Assembly: GCA_964304625.1 (NCBI GenBank)
Contig: OZ199838.1
Coordinates: 729,059 to 793,058 of the forward strand
Direction of reading: 5' to 3'
From: Kudoa neothunni
Taxonomy: Eukaryota; Animalia; Cnidaria
Length of the DNA stretch: 64,000 nt
The notes under the pieces are model-generated. The model ran no database searches. It was not told where the DNA came from and was given only the letters and a program-made list of their open reading frames with translations. This document shows, piece after piece, positions 15,057 to 28,400 of the stretch. Positions within the stretch are counted from its first letter, which is position 1. The number at the start of each line of letters is the position of its first letter. A program made the translations under genes and the position numbers.

Positions 15057-16031
15057 ATGTAGTGTTTAAAAGCTTTAGAAACTCTTATATTTATTATTTA
15101 TTTAATTTTAATATGAATAAATCAATAACAGTGTGACTAAGTTTTGATTTTATTTTCTACTGGAAGAGTCCAAACTGCTTGGAGAATATCCTGAGATTAC
15201 AGAAGACACGAGCACTCTTGGTAATTTATAAACTTTGAAAGTGTAGATTGATTATTATTATTTTATTTCATTCCAATGGATATACCTTTTTACGCCGCCA
15301 TGATTTTTACCATCGAATAAAAATTTTAACTGAATAGGTAGTTGTTTCAAGGGAAGAAAATGTTCTTACCATTTAATACCACCATCGCAAAAAAGATTGA
15401 CGAAAACTTAGGGTTATTTTTGTTGTGGCGGTGTTGTCGATAATTCCTTTCAGATGACAAATTCACTTAAAAATCAACCTTGAGTTTTCCAATAGTTACT
15501 TAATAGCTTTACACAAACACATCCAATATTTTGTGTAATTGCATGTATTTTTTCCTAGCTGTTTAAATATTTGTACGTTTTTGGTACTTATTTTTGTTTT
15601 AAATTGAGTAATAACCACATGAACCAAATTTTTTATCCTTGCGAGTGAATTAAGTTCTAAAACATCTGGGATACTTAGATCACCCTTGCGGCAAACACGT
15701 ACGTTTTTCGATTTTCGTCTTCCAAGTAATAGTTAATTTGTTAAGCATTTAATTGCTATTAATGTCTAGGTAATATATTTTTTTAAACAGAAACCAACCA
15801 TAATTATTTTTCTCTCTTATTTATTACTAATACATTATTATATTAAATAATTTTATTTTTTAAATCTTATTATACAATTACATAAAAAGTATTTATTTTT
15901 TTACATAATAAATTAAAAATAATTAATATAAGTTATATTGATAAAAATATCAGTAGATTTTAATTAACTGGTTAAAGCGTTGAAGGTCCATGCTATCAAA
16001 TTTTATATTAATATTACATTTATTTTTATAG

Positions 16032-18038
16032 TAAAATAAATAATTACGGTTTTGTTCCAGATAATATAGGTTTAATTCGACCTGTTCCTTATAAAAATGG
16101 TTGGTATGATGTATACTATCATTCAGATAGTTTTATGTTGAAAAACCCATACTTCTTTAAATATATAAAATATGACGTGGATGGAGTACACAGAAAGAAT
16201 GTATAATTTATGGAAAATAAGACCAATATTGAAAAGAAAAAATTTTTTTCTTAAATTTTTATAATGCTGATTCATAATTAGAACACAAATATTTAACTCG
16301 TTTTCAAACGTAAACCACAGGAAGCGTAATATTTTTATTTTTCTAAAAATTATTTCAACTTGATTAACTTATCCAAAATAAAAAATTTTCATATTCTGTT
16401 ATTAATAAATAATAATCACTTATATGAAAAAACCTTTGTTTATACCTTTAATATTGAGTCTTAAAGTTAAATGTGTTGTTTGCATCTGCTTTTAAGGATT
16501 AATAAATTATCTGAAAAATATTTTTTCAATTATTAAAACAATCTTCAATAGCTATTAAAGGTTAGATGAATTTATATTCCATTCTGACAACATGAAACTA
16601 AATAAAAATTTTCAAATTATAAGTTAATATATTATTTTTATTAATTTTTAAAGAATTTCAGCATTATAATAATAAAAATGTTCAAAAGTAGTTTAAATGA
16701 ACAACATTTTCTCTTAAATATTAATAACTACCAATAGTTTATTATTTCATTACAAAATTATATTAATATTTTTAAAATATAAAAATCAAACATTCAACAT
16801 AATCTGAAATATAACTCTTTTCAATGTTGGCTATATCGTTAATTCACAAGTTCCGGAATAAATGTTGAATTAAATACTTTTTCACAGATGTATACTAATG
16901 ATTATATTTTTATGGATGGGACGAGATTAGCGATTTCTTACACAACATATTCATTGGAGACTAGAAACGTGGATCAATCTCATATGTTGTACAAAAACAA
17001 ATGCGGCTATAAAAATCAATTTTTCAACTTTCAAAATATTTCAAATCTCGACTATCTATTATGGAATATGATTTCACACCTACTGACGGTATCTTTGATT
17101 TAGTTAAACATCAATATACATATAACAACCTAAATTTATTTATTGCCGCAATAGGATGACCAAATTTCAGATATTAAAAATGGTTCGATCATTGAGGTCC
17201 CCTTTGCATGCACAAAAAAACAACGTCACTATTATTTTCCATGGTATCATGAGAACGATAGGTTGTTTGAATTGGGTTATCCTATCACCATTCCAAGAAA
17301 ATACATTATACTAAATCCTAACTATACTTTTGACGGTTGTCAAAAATTGATCAATGATGTGTTTTTCAATCCAACTAGAAATAATACTCATTATAATTCA
17401 ATTATAAAGTTTAAAAACTTATCTTTCCCACCCATAAGTGATGAAGATTATAATGTAATAACAAAGTCCATTCGTTTATTATTCTATTATTTTTAAAGAT
17501 ACGAATAAACAATTGTTATTTAAAAGACAATATGTATCCAACATATACGACTATATCATATTTTAAAAAATTAATTAAAAAAGATATTGATGAAAATGAC
17601 TTCTCTTACAAAGTATGTTAAATAGATTATATAAAACATAGTGTAATAGAATTGCTTATAGAGAATTATCAAAAGAATTTACTGCTATAGTCTTATTGAT
17701 TACTCGAGCAGAAAAATTTTTAATGAAACGCTAGAAGAAAAAATCTTTAAAATTACTCCACTAAAAGTACTAATATATATATATACATTATTTTTATTAT
17801 AATTGTACAGATAGAATTTGTGCATTGGCAGCTGGGTATAGTTTTACGTCAGTCTAGTGAAAATTATCATGAATATTGTGAGCCAGAAGAAGATCTACAG
17901 GAAATAGTATCAATTAATGAATTACCCATAACTCAACAAAATAATAATACTCACAATATACCTTCTAATAATACTAACATCCTCACAAATATATTTGGTA
18001 ATGATAAGAATGCCACAGTATCGATACAGACATTATAA
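16032..18038 (+). CDS. Highly divergent CD39/NTPDase (apyrase-fold) protein with degenerate ACR motifs; last 5 exons intact (315 aa), upstream half disrupted
   Basis: Exons 16888-17088, 17155-17454, 17499-17612, 17662-17766 and 17811-18038 join in phase 0 with no stops. Resemblance to recalled CD39: IFMDGTRLAISY~LDLGGASTQITF (ACR4), LLWNMISHLLT~ALWQKLAKDIQ, TFDGCQKLI~NYQQCHQSI, FKNLSFPPI~FNGIFLPPL, YCY~YCF, HWQLGIVL~GWTLGYML (ACR5). Intron positions match recalled ENTPD1 boundaries. Confidence 0.7.
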
Positions 18039-18649
18039 ATTTGAAAAATAGAAAATATATCCACTTTTTTCGTTATTAACGGTTATTTACATATTTTCTT
18101 GAAAATTGAATAGACTACTTGTAATTACTAATATATACCATTAGAAGCATGTCTATTTATTAAAAATATGTTTATTTGTAATCGCTATTTATTTTTTTAT
18201 TATTAATTAGAAGAAAATTACGTAAAAACAATAAAATTAACCATATATATCAAAAATAATTATTATCCCTTCTTAAATATGAGAAACGATTTTTTGTTAT
18301 GTAACTATCATGTATCAACATGAGATTAAACTTACAAAGTGTTTATTAATTAATGTTTATTAGAATTTGACTAAATTATTTATCGATTAATTAATGTGAT
18401 TTTTATATGCGCGAACGAAAAAAATATTTAAATTGTTTGAATTTGATGAGGAACTTAAGCCATCAGTTTCTAATTGGTTATGAATTGTTTATATAATATG
18501 TTTAATATCTTTTAAGTTGTATAAGTTAATAATTTATAATTACGTGTATTTTATTGTGTAAACATACTAAACAAAATATTATAATGTTAGATTTTCAGAC
18601 GTAGTAACTTTGTGCATAAATGAAAAAACAAAAAAAGTTACGTAAATAC

Positions 18650-19136
18650 CTGAGTAGGACCACAGTGGTCCGCCTGAAACTAATGGTCTAATCAATCTTT
18701 GAAACATTATTTAAATTACTGAATTCTAGAAAAGACGATTTCTAACCAATTCTGTATATAACTGAGTATTTTATAACAAATTATAATTTAAATTAAGAAC
18801 ATTAAAACGTAAAAATAAAACTTATGATGAGCGGTCAATGTTCTAGAAAACGTCTAAAATGAGTTCTGATAGGGAAATTTATTTTCTTTAAGCTGAAGAT
18901 GAAACCATAAATGAACTGGTCAATAATCAAGATGATTGTGATATAAGTGACATCGACGAAAATATTGAAAATTCTTCGGGAAGCTATTGTATCCTATCGA
19001 AAGAGAGATAAAAGTGGTAGAGAACTCTCACAATAATTGAACAGAGAGTAACACAGGAAAGTATATACAATGGGAAACCAGAATTTTCAAATGAAACAAA
19101 ACTTTTAGTACAGACTCCATTGAGTGCTATAGTAAT
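18650..19136 (+). mobile_element. piggyBac-like transposase 5' remnant, interrupted by a hAT element
   Basis: Palindrome GGACCACAGTGGTCC near 18657; acidic N-terminal frame from 18824 (..DDCDISDIDE..SKEIKW*..) typical of piggyBac N-termini. Confidence 0.4.
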
Positions 19137-22100
19137 CACACAATGCACGTTCGTATGATGATCGAACGAAGTTTTCTTCATAATTATAAACACGAACGAA
19201 ACCATTCGTGCATTTCGTGTTTGATGATGGTGGTAAAGTATGCGTTGTTGTGGACGAAGCTCAAACCTAAAACTGGCGTGACCTTATTACTTGACCATGG
19301 ACCATAGTGCTGGCGCACGATTACACGCTATTGTTAGTATGTTGATACGCCACAGGGACACCTAAAAACACCCTCTTGTGAATTTTTTCCGAATTTCTTT
19401 TTTCATCATTTTCCATGATAAAATAAAAGAATATGGGGAGCAAAGATTCTTCTTAAAATAATAACTTCTAAATTTTAATAATTTTCCATCCAAACGCTGT
19501 CGGACACACGAGTAGTCTCCATCTTTTTTTCAACAAACACTGAATTTTTTTCCCTTACTTCTTAGTTATTAATGAAAAAGTTATTTATTATTACTATTTT
19601 TTACTATTGTTGTATAACAATTTCATATGAACTAACTTTAATAATAAACTTATTACATGGCTCACAAAAAGAGTTCATTTTTCAATATAATGAAAATACT
19701 TTTTGAATTTTAAACAATAGATATATATGTATTTAATTTTTTGAAGTTTATAATTTTTTTTATATAATTTGTTGTTAGAAATTAAGACTGAATTTAATTT
19801 TTATTATTAAACTTCAGAAACATAATATTTAAAATCTACTATATAAAACTGTTTTACCTTGCAGTATCGGTAATATATTGAAAAAAAATATTAAGCTATA
19901 TTTTTATTTTTTTTATAAGTTATTGTGTATATCGAAACTTTATAACAACATTTTTACGTTTATTAAATATAGTAATAGAACACACATAAAAACTCTTCTA
20001 ATAAAGTATTAATTTCAAAAAGTCGACCTTTATTTGTTACCTATTGAAACTAAGTGTTTATCTAAAATATAGTACGTAATTATTTATTTTTAAAAACTCA
20101 TCAATTCTAAGAATATTAAGATAATGCATTTTGAGATCACGTGGTTGTCCTCGTTTTTAAACTATTTACAATTAGAACCAATAAAAACATACATAGAAAA
20201 ATTTTATAATGTAAACTTTATGTGTATATACTCAAAAATATGAAGAACAACCAAGTTATGATTTATTATTAAAACAAATTAGACAACAATTCAATGTTTG
20301 TTTAAAAAAGATGGAAATTGCACATGTGTCCGACAGCGTTCGGATGAAAAGTTATTGAAATATAAAAGTTATTATTTTAAGATAAATTTTGTCTCTCTTT
20401 ATTCTTTTGTTTTATTATGGAAAATCATGTAAAAATGATTTTCGAAAAATATTCACAAGAATGTGTTTTTAGGTGCCGCATACTTTATCATTATCAACAC
20501 AATCTTAGATACTAAATTAATATTAAATTTTAAGCGAAGAAAAATATAAGCAATTACGTTCCTCATCTCGATTTAAGGGAATTTTTGAAGTATGTTACCT
20601 CATGTCCTAATTTCATATTTTATTATCAAATAAAAACTTGATATCAGTGTTTTTTTCAAAGATAATTAAATTAATTCAGGAAACAGAACCCTGCTATATT
20701 ATGTTACGCTATAATTAAGTTGGCCTAAACGTTTTTTAGAATGATGAAAATACTCTCAAACCCTAATTTTATAAGTCTAATAATTAGAAGTGAATTTTTC
20801 AAGTGGCCAAGTTATGTCCGTTCACTTTGCTTTTGAGATAATTCAATATTACACATAATAAAGAGAAATGAATTAAATTTACTCCAAAAATATCTTATTT
20901 TTAATATAAACTACTAATTTTCTAAGATATTTTTTCTTTGAGTTTTCCCAATAAATGAGCGAATTCTTGTAAACCTGGTTGACTTTTTCTTGGATGTACA
21001 GTTGAATTTCTTGCTTGAAAATTTTCTGAGTCCCTATCCCGTTCATAATATTTTGAGTGGGTTTTCGAAGATTCCAGGCTCTTGGGGATTAATTCTAATT
21101 TTTTTTTCAATAATGATTACACTCAAAGTTTTAACATCAAATTTGTTTGTTTAAAGGAGTAATTTGGTTCAGCCATGTCAGAAAAAAGCGACTCAACGTG
21201 GTTTATCACAAAATTTATTTCTTTATTTCGCAAACTCACACTCAACAAATTTTAAATTTTTGATAATTTAAAAATTGTTGGAGAAAAGCAGCGATCTTAT
21301 GGTTGAAAAAAATAAATTGTGTGTATGTTTCGTCCAATAAATTTTCCAAATGCATACAATAATCGCCCATAAGAATTTCATGTTGTGTTTGAATCATTGC
21401 ATTGATACGATGAAATACTATAAACACATAACGATAATATAAAAAACGAAACTTACACGAATTACACAATGTGACGATGGCCTTTTCACCTGCTCCAAAA
21501 GATCAAAGAAATCGGAAAATATTTTGAAAAATTTAGCTACCACAACACATTCTTTCTTGTCTAATCCATCAAAGTATTTTTTAGCTGGATGATTTTATAG
21601 CACACCCTCCAAACTATCGAAACACACCAATAACTTCCTTAGTCGATCGCTAAGACAAATCCATGGTCGCGTAGCTGAGCCCCACTGTATTTTCATTGGT
21701 ATGTTGGACTGTAAATCTACCGTTTTATGAACAGATCCGCACAGTTTATCCATATTATTCACCCTTAGTATGTATAAATCGGATGTGTTGTTTGTACTAA
21801 GATCCCAAAATACACATAATAAACAAATTGAAATTAGATATTATGGCGATAGTAAAATTTATTTATAAACTCATTAGTAAAAAAAATGTAATAAATATAT
21901 TAAAATACATAAACACAAATTATTTAAATTTAGATTAAACAATTTTATTTTGATTTACCAAACAGAATTATGAGAGATTAAGATAGCATATCGTTAAATA
22001 TATCACTTTTACATTTATTCGCTCATCAAGATTTTTACATCAATTTATACATAAAATACCTTAAGATATAATATTGCGAAGACGGTGAGCAACACATCTG

Positions 22101-22966
22101 GTTGTGTTGAAATCCCTTAGACCTAATAGATTGTTTGCTGCGGAGCCACAAACAATTCTTAGATCAGATTTGCTACGTGAAAATTTAGAACAAAATTCGG
22201 TGTAGGTTTTATTTATATTTCCTCAATGTTTTTTACCGGAAAATAGATTTTGTCATATTGGAAATGTTGAAGGGTGAAATTTTTAACTAATAACATTGAT
22301 ATATTAATGAATGAATCGATTTTGGCATTATCAGTACAAAAATCAATGGTTAGGCATATACATACTATTGCGATTGATTGTTTCAATTAATTTTTCCAGT
22401 TTTAAATACATGCGCTCATATTCATTCATAATTATTTGTTTAACGCATTTTCTGGATAAATCTTAAGCCTATCAATAAGTTCAATGAACTTTTTGCCTAA
22501 GTAAAATGCGAAGTTTATTATTTCAGTAAACGATGCACTTTCTGTTATTGTAAACGGGGAGATTTTTTCAACTACAAAGTTGGCAATTTTAATGTCAAAA
22601 ATTAACTGATCGAATACGCTTAAATTAACAATGGAGGGAGGTGAAACAAATAATTCACTAATTTTTATATCTTTATTTGTTTGAGTATGTAACTTATTAT
22701 GACTAATAAGTTTCCTATTCCAGTAAGACGACTTATGTGGAAATATTTTGTTGCACCTTGTGCAAACAATAAAATCAATTTGGGACGTTTCATCCCCGTC
22801 TTTAGTAATGATGAACAGAAATTTCCCCATTCTTTAGAATGCGTGGTAGATTTTTTCCAAGAGAAAGGTCTACCAGCTTTCAAAGCCTCTTCAACGCTCC
22901 CCGCATTCCAGTTTGATATAATGTAACTAAAAGAAGACACGAACACGAACCAATGGGCGTTGTCTA
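19137..22966 (-). mobile_element. hAT DNA transposon copy 1 (BED-finger transposase pseudogene)
   Basis: Degenerate TIRs CACACAATGCACGTTCGT / ATGGGCGTTGTCTA. BED finger W..F..CTRC..ISHNKLH, CCSPSS at the CxxH position, ATRPW, LEQVKRPSSHCV. Clearly alignable with 59510-62389 in inverted orientation. Confidence 0.85.
19360..20476. repeat. About 190-bp imperfect inverted repeat pair (about 19360-19547 and 20288-20476) inside the hAT 3' region
   Basis: CACCTAAAAACAC..AACGCTGTCGGACACA..AAACACTGAATT is the reverse complement of AATTCAATGTTT..TGTGTCCGACAGCGTT..GTGTTTTTAGGTG. Confidence 0.8.
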
Positions 22967-24102
22967 TTTCTAAGGTCCACAAAGCCATCCTCTACATCCT
23001 GAAATAATCTTTATCCTAGTTTCTACATCAGTAAGCGTGACTTTTCTCATTATGGCGTAACCTGGAACTGAGTTTCTTGACGACGCGACTTAGCATCACA
23101 TTCATGAACTTATGAATAAACTCGTTTATATTTTACAGAAGGCACTTCATTTCTTTTATAAGAAATATCAGAATTAATACTATTTTGCACATTTTGCAGT
23201 GCTATGTCCAGAGTTGAATGAGCTATAAATACTCACACGAAAATTATAACTGACGTAATAACCACATGGATTAAATTTCTTATTTTTCGTGCTCTACTCT
23301 CCTAATTTTCTTCCTTGATTTATAAAATTCTATAATAACTAGCGCTTAGACTACAGTTAATTGCTTTCTAACCAATCACCAACCTCATAAAAAACTAATA
23401 ATATGATGGAACCTCGCTATAACGAGGTATTTCAAAGTTAGAGAGTATCATTCTTGAACGGAACGTTTAATTTAAGTTAATCATAATTTTTAATAAAATA
23501 AAAAATTAATTATTCAATTTAATATTGAAAAACTAAAATATTTTGCGGTCTTTATATATTGTGCAGAAAAATATCGTCTAATTTAATGTATATTCAAAGT
23601 ATTGAACAGTAGATGCCTACGGAATACTATAATAACTTGTGTGAGTTTTAAAAGTTTTATAATTATTATTTTAAAATATATTCAATAAATGATTACAACG
23701 GTGTTCAATAAGTTTAATTATTTTAATTTAACACGATGTCTATTGGTTCGTTTCATGGCCAATAACCACTACCTTGAATTAATATGGTTGAATATTTTTT
23801 TCATTTACATTTCTCATATTACTAAAAGTTATTCCATAAAAATGGTTATCTGTTGTATTCAATTTATTCAGAATATTGAATATAATGTGTTTTTTATGTT
23901 TAATGCAGAATTATCTCAAATTATAAACCACTTACATTAAGATTGATTTAACTTGAATATAATACTATCGTAGAATGAATATACGACAACGATTTATTCA
24001 ATCATTTAGTCGAAAACAGATTTTTGGTTATAAATTAGGAACCTCGTTTGAGCCCTTAAATAATTCGAATAAATACGACGTGATTTTTATTGAATTCTAT
24101 AA

Positions 24103-25449
24103 ATGAATATTCTTTTTTCGTTTATTATATTTTACAATTTATTGTATGTTCATCAATTTGAAAGTAGTTTTATATTACACTCGTCAAATCTAACAATGTC
24201 TAAGGACTAGTGTACGATGATTATAGCTTTAAAGAAGGAGTATGTCCTCATGAAGCTCTTCAAACCCATATTCGTACCTGTACTCCATTTGTCAGATGGT
24301 ACATCCGAAAATCTGACAGACAATGCGTACAGTTTGACTACAAAGGGTTTGGTGGAAACTTTAACAACTTTGCAACAGAAAAACAATGCATAGATCATTG
24401 TATTTTCATTAAACTCCCTTTTCGCTAAGATTTATATTAGACACTATTACTCCAAATGATAAAGTAAAGGGTTGCGCTGAAACAGCAGCAATATCAGGAT
24501 CTTGTGGACCTAATAGGGGAGAACAAAAATGGTCCTACCATAGATCCATCGGTACGTGCAAATCATTTACATACACAAGTTGCGGAACAAGTAATAACGT
24601 ATACGACTCTAAAGAAGAATGTGAAGGATATTGTAAAAGTATCATTTTACTTAATTTTTTAATAAAATGTTGGCATCGAAAATATTAGAAAGGCCTCAAG
24701 ATGTTAACAAGTACGACTGTCAAGTCAAACCGAAAGTGGACTCTAACAATCCCTCTACAGGAATTATAGCTGATTTGAGACTTCACCGATGCGTGTACTC
24801 AGCAGTTGAATACCATAGTTTTGGGAAGCATGATTATGGCAATGGAGAGATAGAATATATTTCAAGGAAACGTGGAATATTCAAATCATTCCAAGAATGC
24901 GTGAATACATGCTATCGTAACTCTGTAAAACAAGTGTATCTAATAATTTTTAATAAATAGCCAACGAAGCCGATAAAATTCCAGCTTGTAAAAAAACCGA
25001 ACCTTATATATTTCCTAAATCAGATTCCACATGGACTAAAACAGATGTTGTAGTTAGTTATTATTTTAATAAGAATGACCAAAAATGTCATCGAATGGAG
25101 AGTTGGCCTGGTGATTTTAATCCTGAAAATAATATTTTTGGATCTAAGGAATTATGTTTGAGTTACTGTGGAGGTATTACTTATTCACTTATATTCGAAA
25201 CTGACATGATTTGAAGGAAATGACGATACATTGGAAACGGCTGAAGAGATATGCGAATTGAACGTTGCTTCAGTTTATAAACAAGATAAAGAGAAAGAGG
25301 TTGGAAATTTGAATATTGTTAGATATTACTATTCTCAACAAACCAAAGAATGTGCAGAATTTCATTATGGAGGTGTTGGAGGAAATGGGAACAACTTTGT
25401 GTCTAAGAAAGTTTGTGAAAAGGTTTGCAGAGATCAAAGCAACTACTAA
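24103..25449 (+). CDS. Secreted five-domain Kunitz/BPTI protein (about 375 aa)
   Basis: Exons 24103-24163 (signal peptide), 24205-24399, 24441-24638, 24689-24916, 24961-25173, 25217-25449. All introns are phase 1, 41-50 nt, GT-AG. Kunitz motifs: [17 protein letters not shown]....C; C..F.YTSCG..NN.Y....C...C; RYYY.....[14 protein letters not shown]....C...C. Confidence 0.9.
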
Positions 25450-28400
25450 ATTCGAAGATTTTTAAAAATATTTACATTATACAAATTATATATTAATATA
25501 TGATGAAATTTATTTTTTATTTTATTTTTCTTATGTGTCGATTTCTAAAGGTTCTAATTAAAATAATATTTAGTATGTTTAGGTTGCAAGCACAATAATA
25601 TATAATTCAAAGTTTTACTACCATTTAATAAGCCTACCAACCTTCTTGATTATTTATATAACAATAAACTAATATGACATTATATCATTCTATTATATAC
25701 GTACCGCAAGTTTTCGATATAGATAGTTAATATTTTTTGAAATTCCTTTACACAGCATTGCATATCTTCGACGTAGATAATATTTTAATATCACATTATA
25801 AAAATATATCAAAATAACATTTATTTGTTAAAATTTTTATTATATTAAAGGTTTTGCCACGGGGAAGAAATTAAATCAAATTTTAACTCGAATAACCCCA
25901 TTTAATTACACATTCGAACGTTTATCATAATGAGAGGAGTAAATTTTTATAAAATAGTTAAATTAATCTAAAATTTCTATTAATGACTCTAGAGCGGTAA
26001 AGAATATCACATATTCTGTTACTGTGATTTTTTTTTCAAATTATTATAGGTTGTTCTTCTCTGAAAAGAATTTTGTCGAATAAATCTGATAAAATGAGCT
26101 CCAATGTTTCTACTACCAGTGAAACGAATAAAAATTTAAAGTTTTTCAAGCTCGAAATTAATTTATATTACCGGTCAGTGTAATAACATCAAAATTAAGA
26201 AAAATATTCTAGAGTTATTGTTCGCTGAGAAGGCACAACTTTTTTCTGGTGGTATTAAAATCAAAAGTTTCGGTTGAAGCACAGCTTGGCTCGAACATTA
26301 AAGACTCGATTTGTTTTTAATGTTCATTATCCTTGGAAAAGCAGGGTATTTGATGATAAATTGTGAAAATTAGGTAAACAAATTATGTGACGAAATAGGT
26401 AGATATGAAAAGAAAATGTATTAAACCATATCGAGTAAGCTTGTTTTATGAACAATATACTCAATGAATTTATTTGATAAAGAGTGAATAATAATAAAAG
26501 AGAATCAAAAAACCTGTCGTCGATTTTCAGACTATTTAATTTAAAGGGAAAAATTCCACACATAATTTCCGTGGTATGTTCAAATATCCTGTTTAAAAAG
26601 AATTAATAATTTAAATGTCAAATATTACGATTCAACAAAAATTGTTGGATATCTTCAAGTATCGTTTTTATATGATAAAAATCTCAATCAAAAGATCCCA
26701 ACAGAAAAGGGAAATCCCTATTACTATTAGATCGATAGCATTCACATTCATAATTAAATAATAATAATAATAACAGAATATGTCATTTTTCGATAAAAAC
26801 CTCGAAAAATTTATTATCTACGCGTGCGCCAATAATAGATACTGCAGGGATTCCAAATTGGGGTGCAAGATCCGATCAAAATTAAAATAATTTTTCATAA
26901 TTTTGTTTGGGAGAAATTATTTATTTTTTGATTTTTATGTCTTAAAATATTATGAATACTGAGTTATATTTTTAGTCTGATAAGTTTTCATTTATTATAA
27001 TGCAAAAATATATGAAAAATAAAATTTAATATACAAAAAGAGTGAATTAAAAATTTTCTTTAAGTAAATGTAGCACTTTAAAACGAGCAATATGTGTATA
27101 GATTACAAACAATCCCATTTACACGACCTTGAAATTCTTGGTTTTTAGGATAAAATCCACTAGTAGTCTCACAATAAATTAATTTTGGTTTCGATTCGCT
27201 ACAGACGATTATTGAAATTTTTCTACAAATATTTTTCATTCTCAAATAATTTAAATCCCGTTAAAGTGTTATCTAAAACATTATTTTTGACCCCTGGGTT
27301 CTTTAATCGTCGAATTCTGACCTAGTTCGGGAACTGTTTGCACCACTAACTTTGTGTGAGATAAAAAATAGAAAAAGTATTAAAATTAATTGATATAACT
27401 AAAAATTGTTTCAATATAAACATAAATAATTTATATAATTAGATGAAATAAGATTACAAACATCTGTATTGAACTTAATCACTGAATGTTAAACATAGCG
27501 GATGATTTCAATGAAATACACGGACCTAGCATTTGCATTATAATGCTTCAATCGATCCTATTATAGCATGCTCTATAGATTTGGTATTAATGAAGCAAAT
27601 ATGGACATTTTTCCATATCTAAGACAATTAATACGATCTTCGAAGCGTGCTTATCGAGTCAAATACATAAAAACTCACGGCATAAAGAGTACATTAGCGC
27701 AATCATTCAAAGGCGCAGTCCAACATTAAGTAAAAAGTCGGACAATTCCGCTTAATTTACATTTGATTAAGCATATAAGGGGCAAGTTAACTTCAACCGA
27801 CCGTCACCATGACGTGAGCCAGTGGTGGGCACAACTTTTGGGTTTTGGGGCCACATTGTCACATTACAGAAGCTTAGAGGGTCGTATTGTTGATCAAATG
27901 TTTTCTAAGAACTTAATACCTATTGCTGGCTTTCCTTACATTTTCGGCACAATAAACAAGTTAGTGTATAAATCAATTTAAAAAAATTTAATAATTTTTT
28001 TAAATATAGAAGTTTTTTAATCGACATACTATTGCATGTTACGACCAAAAAATAAATTTTATATTTAATAAATATTAATTATAACTAAAGTTATGAAAAG
28101 TTAATATTACTCATTAAGTACACTTGAAATATATAAAAAATGATTCTGATATAATTGTTTTAAACATATAATTCAATATAACATCTTATTTAAAATAAGA
28201 CCTAAATTATAAAAAATTAATTATAATAGTTAATTTTTTATAATTTATAATTCAAATATGGCGCGGTGGTGTTAAACTCGCATACCTCTGCAGTATACGT
28301 GCACCAACTTTGCAGGATCTAGAAATAAGTTTTTCACATCCTTTTCATTAGTTTAACTTATACATATATAATAAAATATTCGTTTAAAGTATTAAATAAA

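Noticed and set aside
15113-15240. Possible isolated exon (LLEESKLLGEYPEITEDTSTL followed by GT)
   Set aside because: No consistent start, acceptor or partner exons found
16805-16807. In-frame TGA as selenocysteine
   Set aside because: Not at a Cys-aligned position, no SECIS recognised, and there are other lesions upstream
22665-22988. Antisense and overlapping ORF-track entries (also 24207-24398, 30166-30375, 32858-33156, 37999-38277, 57342-57572, 59434-59758)
   Set aside because: Shadow frames of real exons or transposases
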